A stretch of 64,000 nucleotides of DNA from Promethearchaeota archaeon (GTDB lineage Archaea > Asgardarchaeota > Lokiarchaeia > Sigyniarchaeales > SOKP01), in NCBI GenBank assembly GCA_048939995.1, contig JBHLOY010000002.1, positions 369,402 to 433,401 on the forward strand, read 5' to 3'. The notes under the pieces were generated by a model that saw only the letters and a list, made by a program, of their open reading frames with translations, did no database searches and was not told the DNA's origin. Positions 1-9,230 of the stretch are shown here, piece by piece. The translations under genes were made by a program, and so were the position numbers. Each line of letters opens with the position of its first letter. Position 1 is the stretch's first letter.

Positions 1-163
1 TATGCTTTAATAATATTTAAATTAAACTAGAAAGTAGGTAGATTTTTAATCTAGATTCCCTACAATAATCCCCTTTTTCTGTAATAAAATTTTAATACCA
101 AAGATCCATTTGAATGTCATTAATGTGTTTTCAAACAATTGAAAGTAAAAAATTGAGTTAAAA

Positions 164-964
164 ATGAATGAAGTTAAAAAATTCGAAACTCGTAATATAT
201 TACTTTTTCTTTTAATTACATTTACTTGGACTTGGTTATTCTGGTTGCCCTCTGTGTTATCTCCAACGGGAAATTCCAATCAAATGATTTTTGCATTATT
301 TATAATTGGTGGTTATGGTCCATTTGTAGGCGCATTCTTAATAACGTTTATTAATGAAAGAAAGAGTGGTGTGAAGGTTTTATGGAAAAGATTTTGGAAC
401 CCAAAAATAAAGATAAAATGGCTATTAATAACGTTCTTGCTTATCCCTTCACTATACATCCTATCATCTGTGATAGCTATTTTGTTTCAAGGAGATCCGC
501 CCATTTTAGAGTGGATATCTCAACCTTGGGTGATTATCAGTTATATTATCACTGCATTTTTTGCTGGAGGCTTCCCCGAGGAGTTTGGTTGGAGAGGTTA
601 CTTACTCGATCGTTTTCAAGTAAGAGGGAACATGATTATTTCTAGCCTAATTATAGGAATAATTTGGGGCTTCTGGCATTTACCAGTTTGGCTTATGCCT
701 GATGATTCTCACAGTTTGGGAATATTAAATTTTTTCCTCTTTCTAATAGACGTCATATTTGCATCAATATTGTTCACATGGTTATACAATAATACAAATA
801 AAAGCATCTTAATTGCTGTGATTCTACATACTATGTTAAATTTCACAAGTTTTTTAATCTTTTTATCAAGTTTGGGAGAGGAAATCTATCGAATTTTATT
901 ATATATAACTGGAATACTCGTGATCGTATTTTCTAGGGAAAAAGAAAAGAGCCATTTAAAATAA
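164..964 (+). CDS. CPBP-family (CAAX/Abi-like) intramembrane glutamic protease
   Basis: Polytopic membrane ORF carrying the family motifs EEFGWRGY, FWHLP and HTMLN. Confidence 0.8.
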   Translation: MNEVKKFETRNILLFLLITFTWTWLFWLPSVLSPTGNSNQMIFALFIIGGYGPFVGAFLITFINERKSGVKVLWKRFWNPKIKIKWLLITFLLIPSLYILSSVIAILFQGDPPILEWISQPWVIISYIITAFFAGGFPEEFGWRGYLLDRFQVRGNMIISSLIIGIIWGFWHLPVWLMPDDSHSLGILNFFLFLIDVIFASILFTWLYNNTNKSILIAVILHTMLNFTSFLIFLSSLGEEIYRILLYITGILVIVFSREKEKSHLK

Positions 965-1185
965 TCAATTAAAGCCTTATGGATATAAATGAGCAGACCA
1001 TTAAGATCGTTCTGGAGTATATCCTTTTGCTCTTCTGGAGTAAGATAGCTAAATAAGCGTTCCTCGAAAATATCTTGGATTTGGATAAAGAAGAAATGAA
1101 AATCTTTGTAATATGGTAATTTTGATGAAGTAATTGGTATAAATTTTAAATATTTCCCCGTCTTAATTGCATCTTTGAACTCCAA
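886..1185 (-). CDS. Hypothetical protein (weak call)
   Basis: 99-aa ORF overlapping the 3' end of the CPBP gene. Its 5' end (MEFKDAIK...) has a degenerate second copy at 6362..6419, which argues that the sequence is real rather than a shadow ORF. Confidence 0.25.
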   Translation of the reverse strand: MEFKDAIKTGKYLKFIPITSSKLPYYKDFHFFFIQIQDIFEERLFSYLTPEEQKDILQNDLNGLLIYIHKALIDYFKWLFSFSLENTITSIPVIYNKIR

Positions 1186-1268
1186 TATAAAATAGAATTC
1201 TAATTTAAATTAATTATCACTTTCAGTTTAAAGTCGAAATTAAAAAAAATATGAGGAAATGAAACTAT

Positions 1269-2816
1269 ATGGGGAAGAAGGCAAAGGAATCACTAGTTAA
1301 TTCCATGAAAAAACTACCTGATCGTGAATCAAATTTTACGGACTGGTTAAATGCTGTATTATTAAGATCGGACGTGCTGGACTATAGATATAACCTTAAA
1401 GGTTGTGGAGTCTGGCGTGGTTATGGGTTCAAATTAAGGAAATTGGTCATGCAAATCATACGCGATTTATTGGATACCACACTTATTCCCCATGAAGAAT
1501 ATTTATTCCCATTGCTGGTACCCGAACCCCAATTTATGAAGGAAGCTCAATATGTTAAAGGATTCGAGGATGAAGTATACTGGGTCACACACGGAGGATT
1601 AACACCTCTCGCCGTGAAACTGGCAGTTAGACCTACCAGTGAAACTGCAATTTACCCAATGTTCTCTCTTTGGGTACGTTCTCACCAAGATTTGCCCCTG
1701 AAAACCTACCAAATTGTAAATATTTTCCGGTTTGAGGGTAAAAATACCCGTCCACTCATTAGAGTTAGGGAAGTAACCACATTTAAAGAAGCACATACAG
1801 TTCATTCAAGCGCGAAGGAATGTGAAAACCAGATCAGAGAAGCAATCGCTGTTTACAGCGAATTTTTTGATACCCTAGGATTATCATATATAATTAATAG
1901 GAGACCTGAGTGGGATAAATTTCCTGGTGCTGATTATACAATAGCATATGATGTAATATTTCCAGGTCGCCATCTTGCTTTACAAATTGGAACAGTGCAT
2001 AATTTGGGTCAAACGTTTTCTAAAACGTTTGATATTAAATTTGAAAATAACAATGGGAAAATTGAATATGCCTATCAAACATGTTATGGAATTAGTGAAC
2101 GTATTATAGCTTCGGTGATCGGGCTTCATGGTGATGACAATGGAATGATATTGCCTGCGCACATCGCCCCCATCCAAATTGTAATTGTACCCATAATTTT
2201 CAAGGAATCCGAAGAAGAATTACTCAAAGAAAGCAAAAAATTGGAAATTTTTCTCAAAAAAGAAGATTTTAGAGTGTTACTTGATGATAGAAATTTAAAT
2301 CCAGGTTCAAAATACTATTATTGGGAGTTGAAAGGAGTTCCTATACGAATTGAAATTGGTCCAAAAGATATTGCGAATAAACAAGTCGTTTTAGTCAGAA
2401 GGGATACGAATAAAAAAATCAAGATAGCAAATACAGAAATTGAGTTGATTAAGAAAATAAGGGACACTTTCAGTGAAATAAAGAATAATCAAACACAGAA
2501 AATCTCCAACCACACAAAAAAACTTCTCTTCAGAACTAAAGACTTGAACGAAGGTTTGAGATATGTAGAAAAAGATAAAGGAATAGTTGAGATTCCATTT
2601 TGTGGTTCGGAGGAATGTGCTTCAGAGATTGAAAAAAAGGTTGAAAAATTGAAATTCTTAGGAATCCCAGCCAGATATTTGGATTTTCTGGATTTTTCGG
2701 ACGGAAAACTTGGGAAAAATATAATGAATGCGGAGATGCCCGAAAAAGAAGAGATATTTTGTGTGATATGTTCACGGAGGACAAATGAGTACTGGACAAT
2801 CGGAAGAAGTTATTGA
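1269..2816 (+). CDS. proS: Prolyl-tRNA synthetase, archaeal/eukaryotic type
   Basis: 515 aa with class IIa core motifs (VRPTSET, FRFEGKNTRPLIRVREV, GISERII). It has an anticodon-binding domain, a C-terminal Zn-type domain and the terminal Tyr (..GRSY) typical of archaeal ProRS. Confidence 0.95.
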   Translation: MGKKAKESLVNSMKKLPDRESNFTDWLNAVLLRSDVLDYRYNLKGCGVWRGYGFKLRKLVMQIIRDLLDTTLIPHEEYLFPLLVPEPQFMKEAQYVKGFEDEVYWVTHGGLTPLAVKLAVRPTSETAIYPMFSLWVRSHQDLPLKTYQIVNIFRFEGKNTRPLIRVREVTTFKEAHTVHSSAKECENQIREAIAVYSEFFDTLGLSYIINRRPEWDKFPGADYTIAYDVIFPGRHLALQIGTVHNLGQTFSKTFDIKFENNNGKIEYAYQTCYGISERIIASVIGLHGDDNGMILPAHIAPIQIVIVPIIFKESEEELLKESKKLEIFLKKEDFRVLLDDRNLNPGSKYYYWELKGVPIRIEIGPKDIANKQVVLVRRDTNKKIKIANTEIELIKKIRDTFSEIKNNQTQKISNHTKKLLFRTKDLNEGLRYVEKDKGIVEIPFCGSEECASEIEKKVEKLKFLGIPARYLDFLDFSDGKLGKNIMNAEMPEKEEIFCVICSRRTNEYWTIGRSY

Positions 2817-2879
2817 TTAAGCTTTGGCTTCTTGGGATATTGTTGTTAAATATTCTTTATTCAAATCGTTTTCTCATTT

Positions 2880-3155
2880 TCATTTATCAGTTGTAATGTT
2901 TTTCCGTCTTAAAATCTTTTTTATTCCATAACGAATAAGTCCTATACTGATGCCAATAAGGATTATCAATAATGATACTAAGAGAATATTTATTAATCCC
3001 GAAAATATGGTATATCCCAATAAAGGATTATATATTGATATTAATATTAATCCTAATATTGATGTTAATCCTATTATTATGCCGCCTATGATTGCTATTA
3101 CATAGAGAACATATTTTGGTTTTTTTACCTTGTCATTTTGAATCAATTGTTTCAT
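2880..3155 (-). CDS. Small membrane protein (2-3 TM), unknown function
   Basis: 91-aa ORF with strongly hydrophobic helices flanked by basic termini. Confidence 0.45.
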   Translation of the reverse strand: MKQLIQNDKVKKPKYVLYVIAIIGGIIIGLTSILGLILISIYNPLLGYTIFSGLINILLVSLLIILIGISIGLIRYGIKKILRRKNITTDK

Positions 3156-3199
3156 CCTCTAAATTTTTCATTTCCATCTCTTTAATTCTTCGTTTGCTT

Positions 3200-3439
3200 T
3201 TAGGTGGTCCTAAAATTCCACCAAGCAATACTAAGAACGGACCTCTCCTTTTCTATAAAGTTTATTAGATTTATATAAAATTGTAATAAAGCTTGGTAGA
3301 CAGGCTCTATCAGTTGTTCCGAAATATTATGATTGGTATCTAAAAGCTCACCTCGATCACTCTCCTCGATTAGTTGATGTAATGAATCTAAAATATAAGG
3401 GGTTCCTCTTATCTCTGTAAGCAGTCCCATAAATCTCAT
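3200..3439 (-). CDS. Hypothetical protein
   Basis: 79-aa ORF with no recognisable motif. Confidence 0.3.
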   Translation of the reverse strand: MRFMGLLTEIRGTPYILDSLHQLIEESDRGELLDTNHNISEQLIEPVYQALLQFYINLINFIEKERSVLSIAWWNFRTT

Positions 3440-3499
3440 CTCTACTTGGACGTATAGAAGCTGGAAGATATATAAATAATCGGCCTATGAAATAGAAAT

Positions 3500-5692
3500 T
3501 CAAATTTTTCTTTTACTGAAATTTCTCTTTTCCTGATACCATTTGAGACCACCAAGTAATACAAAAATCGGAAAAATCAATGTAATTACTAAGAATGAAT
3601 CCAAATCGTAGGGTGGCACCATATATTCAGCTATAACTGTTACACTTAAAGAAATTAAACCTAGGATACCCGCACCTATCATAAACCCTCCTCCAACAGT
3701 TTTTTTACCAGTAAAACTTAAGATTGCTCCGATTAAACCTAAAACTCCTATAAGTAAAGGCAAAACAAAAGGCAAAACATAAATGGGACGCATCCTTAAA
3801 AAAAAGGGAATCATCTCAACAAACATAGCGGCTATAAGAAGGCCACTCCCAATTACGCCTAATATAGGACTTACCTCTTCTTTACTACTAGCTTTCATCC
3901 TAAGAGGAGCCAATAATTTTTCCCGTCTTTTCCTTGGCACTAAAATTCCACCAATTAGTATTAAGAACGGATAAATCAGTGTAATTAGATATAGCGCATC
4001 CGTATCGTATGGCGGAAAAAATCTTTCAACTAAAGCCAACACACCTACAAACATTAAACCTAGGCTGCCTGCCCCTATCATAAGGCCTCCTCCAAGACCT
4101 CCTTTAACCTTAAAACTTAAAGTTGCTCCAATTAAGCCTAAAACCCCACAGCCAATAAAAGGCACAAGAGCGAGTCTACTAAAAGAGGGAGTTACTGGTA
4201 CGATAAATGTGGCGACTATAAGAAGAGAACTCCCAATTACGCCAAAAGCAAGACCTGCAGGTTCTTTACCTTTAATTAAAATAACTCTAGAATTTCGCCA
4301 AAATTGTTTTGGCACCAAAAAAATTGTAAGTATGCTGATTGTTACAATTGAAAGTAAACTAATTAGAAAGATTAAGCTATTCACTAGTGCCATTAATGGT
4401 ACTGGTTCTATTGGTTCTTCTTGACCATAAGTGCAATCACCATTATCACTAAAAGTATTTCCTTGGCTATTTTCCTCTGAGATGCACTCAAAATTTCCCA
4501 GTAAGGTGTTTCCAGATACGGTATTATAATTACTGTAATAAAATAATATCCCACCTAAATTATTATTTGCGCTGTTTCCCGAAATGATGTTATTATCAGC
4601 ATAATATAAATATATCCCAAAGGAGTTGCTATTTGCGGTGTTTCCCGAAATGGTATTATAATTACTCTCAGATAAAGATATCCCAAGTGAATTGTCATTT
4701 GTGATGTTCCCTGAAACTATGCTATTATGGCAATCATCTAATGATATCCCATCAGAGGAATTGTTATTTGCGGTGTTTCCCGAAATGATGTTATTATTAC
4801 AAAGGGCTAAATATATCCCAAGAGAGTTAAAATTCGCGATGTTTCCCAAAACTGTGTTAACATTACAAATAACTAAAATTATCCCTATAAGGTTGTTACT
4901 TACAGTGTTTCCTGAAATGACATTATTATCACAATTGTATAGATATATTCCATCTGAATTGTTATATGCAGTATTTCCCGAAATGATATTGTTATCACAA
5001 TTGTATAGATATATTCCGTCTGAATTGTTATTTGCGGTATTTCCCGAAATGATATTATTATTAGAAGATTTTAAATGAATCCCAAGTGAATTGTTATTTG
5101 CAATATTCCCCGAAACCATGTTATTATTACAATTGTTTAAACTTATCCCATATGAGTTGTTATTTGCAGTGTTTCCCGATATTGTGTTATTATTGCAAAT
5201 ATCTAAATGGATTCCTCTGGCGCTAAATGAACAATTATTTATAATTAATTTTCCTTTAGTTACATAGCTTAATTTGATACCTGCGTTTTGAGATCCAGCA
5301 TTATAAAGCGTACAATTCTCAATCCTAAAGTATACAGCAGAATTTTCAATCAAGATACAATTCCCCGAACCTCCTCCATCTATCACCAAATCTTCTATAA
5401 CAAATGGGTTGTGATAGGTGCCATTCCCAGTACATATTCCTTTTCCTTCCGCAGCCGTCCAATTATTATTAATATGAATTTTTCCCGAGATATCTGAGAT
5501 TTTCAAATCATTTATATCAGGGGTAAGATCATCTTTATAGCCCAAATTTCTGTTATCGTCCATTATATAACTAAAATTAGTGATAACTATTATTGGTACA
5601 ATAAACATAGCAACTATGAGAAGAGAGCTTCCTATTACACCTAAAATAGAACCAACAAGTTCTTTACCTTTGACTTTCATCCGAAGGTTCAA
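3500..5692 (-). CDS. Parallel beta-helix (PbH1/NosD-like) repeat protein with N-terminal anchor and duplicated C-terminal polytopic membrane modules
   Basis: About eleven consecutive 22-aa repeats of the form ISGNTANNNSxGIxLxxCxNN. TM helices lie at the N-terminus and across the last ~270 aa. Confidence 0.85.
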   Translation of the reverse strand: MNLRMKVKGKELVGSILGVIGSSLLIVAMFIVPIIVITNFSYIMDDNRNLGYKDDLTPDINDLKISDISGKIHINNNWTAAEGKGICTGNGTYHNPFVIEDLVIDGGGSGNCILIENSAVYFRIENCTLYNAGSQNAGIKLSYVTKGKLIINNCSFSARGIHLDICNNNTISGNTANNNSYGISLNNCNNNMVSGNIANNNSLGIHLKSSNNNIISGNTANNNSDGIYLYNCDNNIISGNTAYNNSDGIYLYNCDNNVISGNTVSNNLIGIILVICNVNTVLGNIANFNSLGIYLALCNNNIISGNTANNNSSDGISLDDCHNSIVSGNITNDNSLGISLSESNYNTISGNTANSNSFGIYLYYADNNIISGNSANNNLGGILFYYSNYNTVSGNTLLGNFECISEENSQGNTFSDNGDCTYGQEEPIEPVPLMALVNSLIFLISLLSIVTISILTIFLVPKQFWRNSRVILIKGKEPAGLAFGVIGSSLLIVATFIVPVTPSFSRLALVPFIGCGVLGLIGATLSFKVKGGLGGGLMIGAGSLGLMFVGVLALVERFFPPYDTDALYLITLIYPFLILIGGILVPRKRREKLLAPLRMKASSKEEVSPILGVIGSGLLIAAMFVEMIPFFLRMRPIYVLPFVLPLLIGVLGLIGAILSFTGKKTVGGGFMIGAGILGLISLSVTVIAEYMVPPYDLDSFLVITLIFPIFVLLGGLKWYQEKRNFSKRKI
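4928..5059. repeat. Near-identical 66-bp tandem duplication inside the beta-helix repeat array (array spans ~4495..5185)
   Basis: Unit 4928..4993 and unit 4994..5059 differ at only a few positions. Each encodes one 22-aa beta-helix coil (ISGNTA(Y/N)NNSDGIYLYNCDNN). Confidence 0.85.
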
Positions 5693-5822
5693 ACACTCTG
5701 TTGTTTTTGGATTTCATTTTCCGAATAAAAATAAATTACATTAGACAACACTGTCTTAAAAACCTTTTTACAAAATTATAAAGATCTTTTTATGAATTTT
5801 TAAAGCTATTTTCTAAACTTAA

Positions 5823-6304
5823 TTAGAGCCACATGCTAATTATGAGGATTTTTGGAAAGAATACGTAAACGATCTTAAAAAGAGATACTATAAAGTCATT
5901 TTGCAACAAAAAAAAGATGTAAATAATTATATTATTTATATCGATAAGGAACAATATCTCCAGGCTCTTAAAGATAAGATAAAGAAATTAAAAGCAAAAG
6001 GAGATAAAACCAATCTAAGAAATTACGGTTGGCTTATCTTAGGGGTGCTTATGATGCAGATGGATTTAGTAATCGTACAAGCCTTAGTAGTTTTAGTAGA
6101 GAATACTTAAAACAAATTAGAGATATTTTCAACATTCCATATCCAGTTCGTCTACATAAAGAAAGGTATAGCTATCTCGATACAAATGGAAATCTACATG
6201 TTCGGAAGTCACATTGGGTCTTAACCCTCGGTGTTAATTTGTTTAAGGAGATGACTAATTTATGTTCTGATTATGGTTTGGATTTAAAAAGGAAAAATAA
6301 GTAG
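5823..6304 (+). pseudogene. LAGLIDADG-type endonuclease-like gene remnant (5'-truncated and frameshifted)
   Basis: The frame of 6029..6304 encodes AYLRGAYDADGFS, a LAGLIDADG motif. The upstream part lies in another frame (5823..6110) with no ATG, and the frames overlap around 6008..6110. Confidence 0.4.
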
Positions 6305-6360
6305 AAGGGTAAATAAATTTAATAAAAAAGTTAGTTTCCAGTAAATACTTGTTCTTTTAC
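6217..6360. repeat. Copy A of a ~130-bp dispersed duplication (partner 7177..7305)
   Basis: Aligns by eye with 7177..7305. Shared strings include ctaatttat, ttatggtttgg and gttagtttccagtaaata. It contains the 3' end of the LAGLIDADG-like ORF plus a degenerate copy of the fwdA-like 3' end. Confidence 0.75.
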
Positions 6361-6361
6361 A

Positions 6362-6419
6362 AATTAGTATAAATCTTAAATATTCCCTCTTCTTAATTGC
6401 ATTCTTGAACTCCAATATT
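6362..6419. repeat. Degenerate copy of 1121..1189 (5' end of ORF 886..1185)
   Basis: The string taaatatt(c)cc..tcttaattgcat.tt.gaactccaatat is shared with 1144..1189 at roughly 85-90% identity by eye. Confidence 0.6.
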
Positions 6420-6442
6420 AAGTTTTAATTTGGTGAAATTCA

Positions 6443-7117
6443 ATGAAAAAATCTAAATTAAAAATTCTAATTCCATTAACATTAGGAATCTTGTTCCTTA
6501 GCCTTACCTCAACCGTTAATGTTGTGGCTGATCCTTCAACAGTAACTTTTAGACCATTAAGTCATTGGATACTTAATAATCCCAGAGTGTCCTATGGTTG
6601 GGGAGGCCAACCCCCAACAGGTGATCTGCCTTTATATATCTTAATGTTGAGTTATCCCTGGGCTATACCTGATCCCAATACATATGATGGCTACATAATG
6701 GAAAGAACGTTGAAAGACGGAAGAGCAGAACTTACTGTTTACATAGAATTCTTCAATGCCCCCTTTTGGCTTTTTGGATTTTTACCGGATATTGGGTTAT
6801 TCCCCCTTGTTCTACAACAAGGTTCTATGATTAATTGTAGGGAAACCACCAAATTTACTCTTCCTGAACCCGGCATGGTAATCCCAAACTTATTTGAAAT
6901 ATTATATAATTTTGATTTAATTATGATTTCAATAGAGGGAACGGGTGCTGGGATTTTTACGACGGAGGCTTCTATAATAGGATTTACACCTGGGGCTCAA
7001 TGTAAGGTAGTTGTTAACCAACGTGGCTTTGGGTGGATGGACGTTTTACCTCTACCTCCACCCTTGGAGAATTATATGCCTATAGAACTAATAAACGTTC
7101 TTGAAATTGGGGATTAA
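6443..7117 (+). CDS. Secreted protein of unknown function
   Basis: N-terminal signal peptide (MKKSKLKILIPLTLGILFLSLTSTVNVVA). The gene is bracketed by the 6217..6360 / 7177..7305 duplication. Confidence 0.6.
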   Translation: MKKSKLKILIPLTLGILFLSLTSTVNVVADPSTVTFRPLSHWILNNPRVSYGWGGQPPTGDLPLYILMLSYPWAIPDPNTYDGYIMERTLKDGRAELTVYIEFFNAPFWLFGFLPDIGLFPLVLQQGSMINCRETTKFTLPEPGMVIPNLFEILYNFDLIMISIEGTGAGIFTTEASIIGFTPGAQCKVVVNQRGFGWMDVLPLPPPLENYMPIELINVLEIGD

Positions 7118-7141
7118 AACAGAGAAAAAAATAGTTATAAC

Positions 7142-7152
7142 TTTTTTTTTTT
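7142..7152 (+). terminator. T11 run, archaeal-type terminator candidate downstream of 6443..7117
   Basis: Uninterrupted oligo-T tract 25 nt after the stop codon. Confidence 0.4.
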
Positions 7153-7176
7153 ATCAAGAGATTCCAGAAATGTTGG

Positions 7177-7305
7177 GTGTTATCTTTCAGTGTTGATTTT
7201 TTTAAGGAACTACCTAATTTATCTTCTAATTATGGTTTGGGTTTAAAAGCAAAAATAAATAGATTTAATAAAAAGTTAGTTTCCAGTAAATATTTTCTCT
7301 TTTGG
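7177..7305. repeat. Copy B of the ~130-bp duplication (partner 6217..6360)
   Basis: Encodes a remnant LSFSVDFFKELPNLSSNYGLGLKAK, matching LTLGVNLFKEMTNLCSDYGLDLKRK of the LAGLIDADG-like ORF. It runs into the genuine 3' end of the fwdA-like gene. Confidence 0.75.
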
Positions 7306-9027
7306 GGCGTAGGCATCTTGGACAGCATAATTGTTAAAGTTGATGCTATAATGATCCCTCCAGCTATGGCGCACATCATCTAACATCTCCTCCATGAGGC
7401 TCTCCTTAAGCTTACCTTCTGCTCGAAGTAAATTCCCCATCGGTGATGCTGTAATCTCTCCGTCTTTCACCACAATTATTCCATCCTTAATTGTATATGC
7501 CGTCGAGCTAAATGCCTTCTCAATATCATGCCCAGTATAATTGTTAGGATCAATCTTATACACTGCCACGTCTCCAATAGCGCCCACACCGAGATGACCG
7601 CGATCTTTCATTCCCAGAATCTTCGAAGTTCCAGCGCGGGTTACCACAGCCAGTTCATAAAGCGAATATTCCCTGTCGATGTCTGCCAACGTAGACGCCG
7701 TGCTTGCTTTCTTATGGACCACATTTTTGAGCATGTCATCTCGAGTTTTCCTATCCATCAACCATTTGAAGGCCATCGGATACGTGGTAAACGGGGCTCC
7801 ATTTGGATGGTCGGTCGTAAATCCGATTTGAAAAGGATCCTTTACCAAAAGCATAAGCTCAAGACCAATTGCCCATTGAACCGCATTTACGCTATTTTTT
7901 GCATCAAAAAAATACGGAACTATCCCTGATCCTGATTCTGCTTCAACTTGGCCGTTAACCCACTTAATACCCGGCTTAGATCCCCAACCTGAAAAACCAC
8001 CTAAATGATGGAGAGCAAACTCTCATGCACAGACAAGATGCTCGTCTGTGACCCATGGTCCGTCTCCAGTCATCGTAGTGGTCGCATATTTAGTGAATAC
8101 TACTTGACCGTTATCAATCGTAAGATGCTTATGTGAATTCACATACTCAGCAATTTCTACGGCACCAGAAGTAAAGTCATTCCAATTAGTGCCTCCATAT
8201 GCATTAAATTGACAATGAGTCACATGAAGACTTGTTGTTCGGCTATCACCAGCCTTGATTTTCTCACAGACTTGAAAGGTTTCGAGAGAATGCTTGAAAT
8301 TGCCGGGATGTCCGAGATTGTTGCAATGGACATGAATTGAATGTGGTAATTTCAGAATCTCGTTAACCTTCGCTAGACTCTCAATAATCTGACGAGGAGT
8401 TACATTCCAATGGAAAACAGGATCATTTAAAGATTCACAATTCTTGCCCCAAGCCCAATTTTCAACCCCCCCAGGATTTACAATTTTTATAGCATAGCCT
8501 TTGGTTGCTTGGAGGATCCAATTGACGTATGCGGCGAGCTTATCGATGTCGTTGTCGCGTATATATTTCAGGACGAACCAATTATTTCCATAGATGGGGA
8601 GGGCAGCTTTATCGATGATTGGCATTTCGAGGAATTCTTCATGGGTATGTCGAGCTTCGAGGAGAGGCATTGCGGGTTCGACAGCGGTTGTATAGCCCAT
8701 TTGGGCATATTTATAACCTGTATACCAAGTGCTAAGCACGCTGAACCCGGTACCGGATCGTGTAGTTTTAGTTTTCTTTAGGTTCGATTCGGGCACCTTG
8801 TCTTCAGGTCGTAAAGCTCGTCCGACATTGACTTTAGGTCCAGCAATGTGAGTGTGCATATCAACTCCACCAGGCATTACGACCATTCCAGAAGCATCGA
8901 TTACTTTTGCGTCAGAGTTAACTTTTTCGGCGATAAGTCCATCTTTTATATAGATATCTTTCTTTTCGCCATCGATCTTATTGAGCGGGTCATATACCAA
9001 TCCATTTTTAATGATTAAGTTGCTCAT
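7276..9027 (-). CDS. fwdA: Formylmethanofuran dehydrogenase subunit A-like amidohydrolase, interrupted by a single in-frame TGA at 8023..8025
   Basis: The N-terminal part carries IKNGLVYDPLNKIDGEKKDIYIKDGLI and VIDASGMVVMPGGVDMHTHIAGPKVNVGR. ORFs 8023..9027 and 7276..7854 are in the same frame. I translated the 168-nt gap codon by codon and found no other stop. Confidence 0.85.
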
Positions 9028-9230
9028 AGTTGATTTCCTATTTTAAAATTTAATTAAGCTCAATCAAATCTCATGATTTAAATTTGAACTAGTTCTATTG
9101 AAGAGAAAAATCAATGATTTTTATAAAGATTTATTATTATTTTTAGGTTAAAGTGGGGAATGGATTTTAGATTTAAAATATTGGTTTAATAAAAAATTAA
9201 GTCAGAAAGAATGAGATGTATTTTTCACAT

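Noticed and set aside
46-279. 77-aa minus-strand ORF at the window start
   Set aside because: It overlaps the start of the well-supported CPBP protease gene and has no motifs. It is probably spurious.
3437-3502. Possible TGA read-through joining 3500..5692 to the in-frame ORF 3200..3439
   Set aside because: Translating past the TGA gives I-S-I-S and then a TAG, four codons later. The two ORFs are therefore not a single Sec or read-through gene.
4692-5078. 128-aa plus-strand ORF with its own periodic repeat (..FPEM.LL..)
   Set aside because: It is the antisense shadow of the 66-bp-periodic beta-helix coding repeats on the minus strand. It has no independent start context or motif.
4495-5185. 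Regular 66-bp periodicity that might suggest a CRISPR-like or satellite array
   Set aside because: The units are contiguous with no unique spacers, stay in frame, and encode 22-aa beta-helix coils inside a long ORF.
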